NCBI GenBank assembly: GCA_021613535.1
Contig: CP075492.1
Span: 11,532,001 to 11,596,000, forward strand
Direction of reading: 5' to 3'
Source of the DNA: Adineta vaga
Taxonomy: Eukaryota > Animalia > Rotifera
Length of the DNA: 64,000 nt
This document shows positions 57,213 through 64,000 of this stretch, in pieces. The notes under the pieces are model-generated. The model searched no databases. It saw only the letters and a list, made by a program, of their open reading frames with translations, and was not told where the DNA came from. A program made the position numbers and the translations under genes. Positions within the stretch are counted from its first letter, which is position 1, and each line of letters starts with the position of its first letter.

Positions 57213-57838
57213 TTATAATCAAATGTGTATTTTGTTTTATATGATTACCTGTGATTGCTGAAACGGAACGCGAAATTCTTTTCTTTGTGAATATTATATT
57301 TTGTAAAAACAAAACTTTCAAAATCCTTCATTTACTTTATAAATGGAATTGTCTTTTTTTTATTCAATTCAGTAAATGAAAAGATCAATATTTGATTTAC
57401 ACAGAAGAAACTACGAAAAAAAACTTGAACTTCAAGTACAAATGATCCTTTCTTATCAAAGATTTTGTCCTGAGTAAGTTGTGTCTGTTAATGGAAAGAG
57501 TATTTGAGAAACCTTTGCAGTCAAAGGTGAATATTATTCAAATGTTTCTTCTGTATAAGTGCAAATACATATTTTATGTACTACTGGTTTATAATTATCA
57601 ATATATGTCATTATAATATGACGATTACTTCCTAATATTATGAATAAGAAAACATTCGTAATCATCAGTATTTAAATGCAATTATAGAAGAAATTTTAAT
57701 CAAAAATTATATGATACTGCTATGTGCTGGATAATTGTATTAAACTAAATGAAAGATAATGTTATTTTCTTCTTCTTCTTCTTCTTCTTTATCGGTTCCA
57801 GTCATATTTATTATCTTGTCAAAAGGTTTAGTTATTAA

Positions 57839-60045
57839 TTACAACTTCTTTTCAATATTTTGAAGATTCTTTTCCCATTGCTGACGATCAGGATGGTTTG
57901 AAAATAATGAATATCGTGCAATATCAACTGCACGTTTATAGTGCAAACGTGCGTTTGTATAATCACCAAGCTTTTCATATGATAAGCCGATATTGTTATT
58001 AAACACGCCTAGATAAGGATGATTTGAAGGAAGTGATTGTTGTTGAATTTCCATAGCTTTTTGATAACATTGAAGTGCTTTTGTTGGATTATTCATATTG
58101 CAATAAACTTCACCAATATTATTGTAGGAAACACTCAAATCAGAGGATGATTTAGTGGTAAGGATTGTCGTCGAATTCGGAGAGATTTTTCATAATAAGA
58201 TAATGCTTCCGAATTTTTCTTCATATTTCGATAGATTATACCAAGATTATTATAACAATCACTTAAAGAAGGATGATTCAAAGGTAGGGATTGTCGTCGA
58301 ATATCAAGACATTTATTGTAATATGAAAATGCTTTCGAATAATCACCTATATGATCACATAATACACCAAGATTGTTGAAGGACATACTTAGATCCAAAT
58401 GATCTGTAGGAAGTGATTGTTGTTGAATTTCAAGAGCTTTTTCATAGTAAGGTAATGATTTGAAATATTGACCGATTTTGAGATATGCTGAGCCGATATT
58501 GTTGTAGGAAGCAGCTAAATATGGATGATTTGGAAAAAGAGTTGTCTGTTTAATTTTTAATGCTTTCTTATAAAGTTCAATAGCTTTTAGATATTCTCCT
58601 TGATCAGATTTTGCGGTCGCAAGTCGATCATAAATACATGCTTTTTCATTTTCATCATTAGTACGATTTAAAAGTACCTGATAAACTTCTTTTATTTTAT
58701 CGAATTGACCAATCTTGCATAGTATTTCACCTATTGCATACCATCCTGTTGATCCTTCTATATCTTCTCGTATACGATCAGTAAGTACATGAAGTTCTCT
58801 ATCATTCTCATTTATTAATCTTAAATTTACTTGAAAGAGTCGTTGCTCTTCATCTATCTGTTGAATATTTTCAATACGAAAGATAGTATGCATCGAGAAG
58901 AGAACTTCATCTTCGAGATCCGCAAAACATCCAACTTCTGTAATAGAAGCAAAAGGTGTTGTCGATTGAGTAGGATCAATAGACATGAGAAAAAGAATGC
59001 CTACTATATCAGGATCAGAGCAAGATTTACGTGCAAAATTAAGAGAAACATTTCGATTCCTACTAGTGGATAAAAAGTTATTAAAAGCCATTAAACCACC
59101 ACGAGCGTACTGTAATTGAATAAAATCAGTTTTCGATAGGCCTTGTCCACGATAGAGAGTAAACATTTCAGTACAATGTTGTCTATTAAATTGTTTAGAA
59201 TGCAGTTGTTCAATTTGACGATGAAGATCACCAACATAAAAACCCATACTGATAATAATCGTCGCATCCATTGTTCGAAGTGCACGATTGAGCATCGAAT
59301 AAAGATAAGATTCGTAAGTATACCACCATATAGGTGTTTGTTGATGATACTCTCGTTTGAGTTTTTCAACGTTGTCTAGTTCATAGCCGTTTTCAACAAA
59401 TAATTCTTTACAATAAACGATAAATTGTTCAAAATGTTCTTGTTCAAATGTAATTGTTAAAAGAATCTCTTTAAGAATTTGCGTATACATAAATGAACAA
59501 TCAAGTTTATTCGAATTTTTATTATTTATAACGTTATCTGTAGCCATAAAACTCATGGTCATTGTATTACGTTCACATTGTTGAGCAGTTTCTTTCAGTG
59601 CTGTATAGATAGCAGTAATATCTGTATAAATACCTTTGATTTTAGACCATTTTTCAGTCCATTGCTTATGACGTTGCTGATCACAACAAAAAATAAATAT
59701 TGAATCCATCTGAGACATATTATGTATCGTTGGTATAATACGTTCACCGAGTGCACCTGAAATAATCATACAGATCTTCTCGTTTAGAAGAGTTTTGATA
59801 AATTCAATACATTTATCACTATCAGTAAAAGTATGAATGTTGTTTACGAAACGTCGTAATTGTGACATGGTGTTCTTACAATCAGAATTGTTTTCGTCGA
59901 TATTATTATCAAGCCAGATAAGAAGAACATTTTGTACCATACGAATATTAGGACGTTCTACAATATTTGTTGAAGCAGCAGAAACTTCTTCAATCTCATT
60001 TGAACTGGTTTCAATACTACCCAAGAACGACTTTCCAATACCCAT
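57839..60045 (-). CDS. Receiver-like / NAD+ ADP-ribosyltransferase (R-S-E) / TPR-array protein, frameshifted near the 3' end (possible pseudogene or assembly error)
   Basis: LYRGQG ... NNFLSTS ... EDEVLF ART motifs; kinesin-light-chain-type TPRs (HPYLAASYNNIG). ORFs 58135-60045 and 57839-58138 join if 2 nt are removed at ~58142. Confidence 0.9.
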
Positions 60046-60728
60046 TGCTCAAAGTACAAATAATGTCGTAATAAATTGAATGTTTATCGGTCTAGACCAT
60101 ACCTTTATTTCTGTTGCCTAAACTACAGTCATATTTTTCAATTCTTCTAGTCAGAAACTGTGGTTTTTATATTATTAATTTTAGTGTTTTGAAATACATG
60201 AGAGATCACCATAGACTCTGCATAGTAACGTATGAAGAACGGAAAAAAATAACAGAATATTGCTTTGACTAATAATGTAACATGAAGTTAGCATGAAAGA
60301 GTTTTATTACAGAGAAAAAAAGACTTAAAAGCTTTCTTTTTCTGTTCTTTTCTGTCGTCTTGCTAGACTTGTTCATTACCTGATATTTTAGTGTCTGATG
60401 AACATAAAAAACCACTTACATCTGAATTATAGAGATCGATCTGTTGATGTCAGCTAGATATCTATTTCTAGAATATATCTTGATGATGTAGGCATGTCAT
60501 TATGAAGAATAATGTCCACAGAAATATATATTCTGCACCTTATTCCTCGTTAAGTTTGTTTTCAATAGTTTTGAAATTTATTTGAATATTTTACGTTATA
60601 AAAAATGATGAAGAAAGCAGGCTCTAAGTTATGTAAGTTACTAAAAAAATATTAACATAACTGGAATAATGTTCGTTTTAACAAAATGATCAAGAATATC
60701 TTGTAGAAATTCGAGACGATACGAAGTT

Positions 60729-61535
60729 TTACACACGTGCGATGAATCCTATATGAAAATACGAAACATCCGAAAAGAATGCTTTCTTTTCTCCAGTTGT
60801 TTTCGGATCAATCTCTAATGGTACCCATTGAAATGTTGTAAAACCAGCTTCACGAAATGCCTTTTCGTATGTATCCGAACTGTACCAGAAATCAGTCAAA
60901 GTAAATTGATTGTCCGTATTGACATCGAATGTAACATCAACTTTGTCTCCATCCATGATATTAGGAGAAATATTATATCGAATATTATATTTATGTAATC
61001 GAACAGCGTCTTCTTTATTCAGGAATGGATTTGGTAGAAGACCAACAAAGAAATCAGAACATAATCGACGAATTTGAGATAAAACTTCATAAAGCTCTTT
61101 TACATTTTCTATGTGACATATCATAAATGTCGAAATGACTAATGATGATTGATCAATTGATTGGTGTTTTTCCTGAAATTCTTTTACCGTCATTGCATAG
61201 TATTCAAATTGGTTCTTTTCAGCTTGTCGCGTAGCATCCTTAGCTAATGCAATCATATCTTTCGAGATATCAATACCGGTTGCAGAGTTTACAATGTCAT
61301 CATGAACTAATAGTCTTGTCATATAACCTTCAACACAGCCAATATCTAGAATATGATCCATTGGTTTTGATGATAACGCTTGCACCTGATGAATTAATGT
61401 TTTTAAACTAAATCCATGGATAATTGGACGTGTTTCATTGTAAAATGAACATTTTGCATATTTATTAGCAAGCATATTTTCATTGTATTGATATGAGAAA
61501 GAATTTGTTTCACTAATCATTGTAGACGCTTGCAT
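60729..61535 (-). CDS. Class I SAM-dependent methyltransferase, intronless
   Basis: Motif I ILDIGCVEGYMTR, GIDISKDMIALA, C-terminal YEKAFREAGF. Confidence 0.88.
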   Translation of the reverse strand: MQASTMISETNSFSYQYNENMLANKYAKCSFYNETRPIIHGFSLKTLIHQVQALSSKPMDHILDIGCVEGYMTRLLVHDDIVNSATGIDISKDMIALAKDATRQAEKNQFEYYAMTVKEFQEKHQSIDQSSLVISTFMICHIENVKELYEVLSQIRRLCSDFFVGLLPNPFLNKEDAVRLHKYNIRYNISPNIMDGDKVDVTFDVNTDNQFTLTDFWYSSDTYEKAFREAGFTTFQWVPLEIDPKTTGEKKAFFSDVSYFHIGFIARV

Positions 61536-61666
61536 ATAAAGGCAAAGAAAACAATTTTAATACAGTGTGGTTATTATTGTTTCAGAATTTCATACTAGAA
61601 TACCTTGGTATTTATAGTATCTCACTGAGAAAGAATAATTGAGATTATGGTGACAGATATGACTAC

Positions 61667-61971
61667 CAGGGTTGCCAAACCTCCTGGTTTTTTAGATTTT
61701 CTCCTGGTTTCTACTGGTTTCTGGTTTCTCTTTTAATATCGATTTTTAGCGACATTTTGAATTGATAAAAATATACAAATGAAAGGTGAACGAGAATATC
61801 ACTCTATTTGATAAATACAGCAACCAATAAGAAAAAAAGTTAATATCAGGGTTCAGGGTTGCCAAACCTCCTGCTTTAGCCAGCAGTCTCCTGGTAAAAA
61901 AATCTCCTGGTGAACTCCTGGTTTTTTTCTCGTGAATTACTGGTTTTCAAAATTCGGATTTGGCAACCCTG
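61667..61971. mobile_element. hAT-type MITE, 305 bp
   Basis: TIR CAGGGTTGCCAAA ... TTTGGCAACCCTG; 8-bp TSD ATGACTAC (61659-61666) / ATAACTAC (61972-61979), 7/8 match; many subterminal CTCCTGG/CTGG motifs; extra left-end copy at 61854. Confidence 0.85.
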
Positions 61972-62778
61972 ATAACTACCTCGATCACGAAAACAATGTT
62001 AAAATGTTGTGTTGACATGTATGTATTGAGTACTTACTAATTTACAAAACAATAACTGTCCAAGTATAGAAAATGCACTGTATTGATCAAGTTGACATCC
62101 CCCTCCCCATTCTAATAGGTGAGCTATTTGATGAATGACTTCCTTTGTTTATTACTTCAAAATTTTAGTAAAAAAATATATAAAAAAACAATGTCATTGA
62201 TATAAACATATTTACAAAGAGAATCATTGAGAGAAGATCATATTTTTATTGATCTTGAAGAAAATTCACCCTCAACTTTTAGCATGTCGTTACGCTCGAA
62301 CAAAATTGAATAATATATGACCTACTGCAGCGTAATCATTGGAAAAAAGGTACATCAACGTATAGAAAAACATTGCAAAATATAAAGAGATCATTGACAT
62401 TGTTTTTAACTTCAGCTAGTATTGATCACTTGTTTTGTCCGTACGATTTTGTAAGTACATAATATTAGTCAAACTATATTGAGTGTTTTTCGAATTTTTA
62501 CATACTGAATTGGAATGTTGGAGAATAGAATAGATACGATAATCTGTTTTGATTTACATTTAAAGTTATGTACACTGTCGAGTTAGATTTCAACTACAAA
62601 TTTTGAAATTTTACACTGTGAAATGTACTTCCAGAGTGTAGATAACAGACCGAATCTGTATATTTATATAACTATTGATATGATGGCGAGAGGTTTTTAT
62701 ACGAATTACCCGAAAAAAACTGACAGTAGTTCTTCTTTTGTTTATAAAGATGTAATATACTTTAGAAATTGCCATTCA

Positions 62779-64000
62779 ATGATCAATTATTTATTTTTTT
62801 ATGTAAATGGCAAGGAGATAATTGATTATCATGTTGAACCTGAATGGACTCTTCTTTGGTACTTAAGAAATAGTGCGTAATGATTTATTGTATTGAAACG
62901 TATATTTCGTTTTTTATTTAATGTGTAGAATTAAGACTGACTGGTTCAAAATTAGGTTGTGGAGAAGGTGGTTGTGGAGCATGTACTGTACTTGTTTCAA
63001 GACTTATTGATAAAAAGCCGAATGAAATTGAACATCGAACAATTAATGCTTGTTTAACATCGATCTGTGGTGTTGATGGATGTCATGTTATAACGGTTGA
63101 AGGATTAGGCTCAATAAACAAGTCTAATCTACATCCAGTGCAAAGGCGTCTTGCAGAATTATCTGGTTCACAATGTGGATTTTGTACTCCCGGCATGATC
63201 ATGTCTCTATATGGTACATTGACTACTGGAAACAGTTCACTACCACTAGTACAAGATATTGAAGAATCTTTTGATGGAAATCTTTGTCGATGTACTGGAT
63301 ATCGTCCAATTCTTGATGCTGCAAAAACATTTGCAAGTGATATCAATCAAATATATCATAAAAATTCATTATTATCATCAGAAACATCAACGACATACGA
63401 TAAATGCCATTTATATGCTAAACAAAATTCTGAAATAATGAATCCATTTGATTTTCCAGAAAAACTTCGAGAATATATTCCTCAATCTCTTCACATTCAA
63501 GGTTCAGTTGATTGGTATCGTCCGGTGACACTCAGTGAATTATTTCATCTTCGTTCCATGTATTCAGGCAATCAATCCAAACTTATCTTTGGTAATACGA
63601 CCGTACAGATAGAAAGCAGATATCAAAAGATATCCTATCCTCGTCTGATTACGATAACACATATTACAGAATTACAAGAAATCAAACGAACGCAAGACTC
63701 TTTATTGCTTGGAGCTGGTATAACATTTTCACAATTGAAATCTAAATTAATTGAATGGACCAATGATGATAATAGTCTTAGTGCTTGTCAAGCTCTACTA
63801 GATCAATTGAAACATTTTGCATCAATACAGATAAGAAATGTCGCCTCACTTGGTGGAAATATTATTTCCGCTTCACCAATGTAGATACGAATTGCAACAT
63901 GATTATATAGATTTTATTTTTATTTCTAGTTCTGATATCAATCCAGTTTTGATTGCTATTGGTGCAATACTTGAATTTCATTCTGCTAATAGACCGAACG
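62779..64000 (+). CDS. XDH: Xanthine dehydrogenase/aldehyde oxidase, 5' part (truncated by window end)
   Basis: FYVNGK...EPEWTLLWYLRN|KLRLTGSKLGCGEGGCGACTV; SQCGFCTPGMIMS; FDGNLCRCTGYRPILDA; FAD domain HFASIQIRNVASLGGNI. Confidence 0.93.

Overview
AT-rich, gene-dense eukaryotic genomic DNA with short (~50-70 nt) GT-AG introns. It is most consistent with a bdelloid rotifer; this is inferred from intron size, base composition, the receiver-like/ART/TPR gene family and several intronless foreign-looking enzymes. About 25 protein-coding loci are present. Conserved genes: VPS45, RNF11-like, RAB5, TMEM19, PICALM/AP180, ZNHIT2, FATP/SLC27A, Arkadia-like RING, MAN1B1, GCLM, PKA-RII, ZC2HC-type zinc finger, a calmodulin-like gene missed by the ORF track, and XDH (truncated at the right edge). 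There are also several orphans. Most notable observations: (1) a single gene fusing an intermediate-filament rod to a four-repeat annexin core whose Ca2+ sites are degenerate; (2) a 2.1-kb non-autonomous Mutator-like composite element with a perfect 9-bp TSD, three TIR copies and an intron-containing host gene fragment as cargo (Pack-MULE-like); (3) an intron-retaining cactin pseudogene; (4) a probable HoxX/HypX-like gene running off the left edge; (5) a 6-nt microexon needed to complete an EF-hand loop; (6) HGT candidates (APH-like kinase, SAM methyltransferase), a frameshifted ART-TPR gene and a hAT-type MITE. All homology calls come from motif recognition by eye; no database searches were run.
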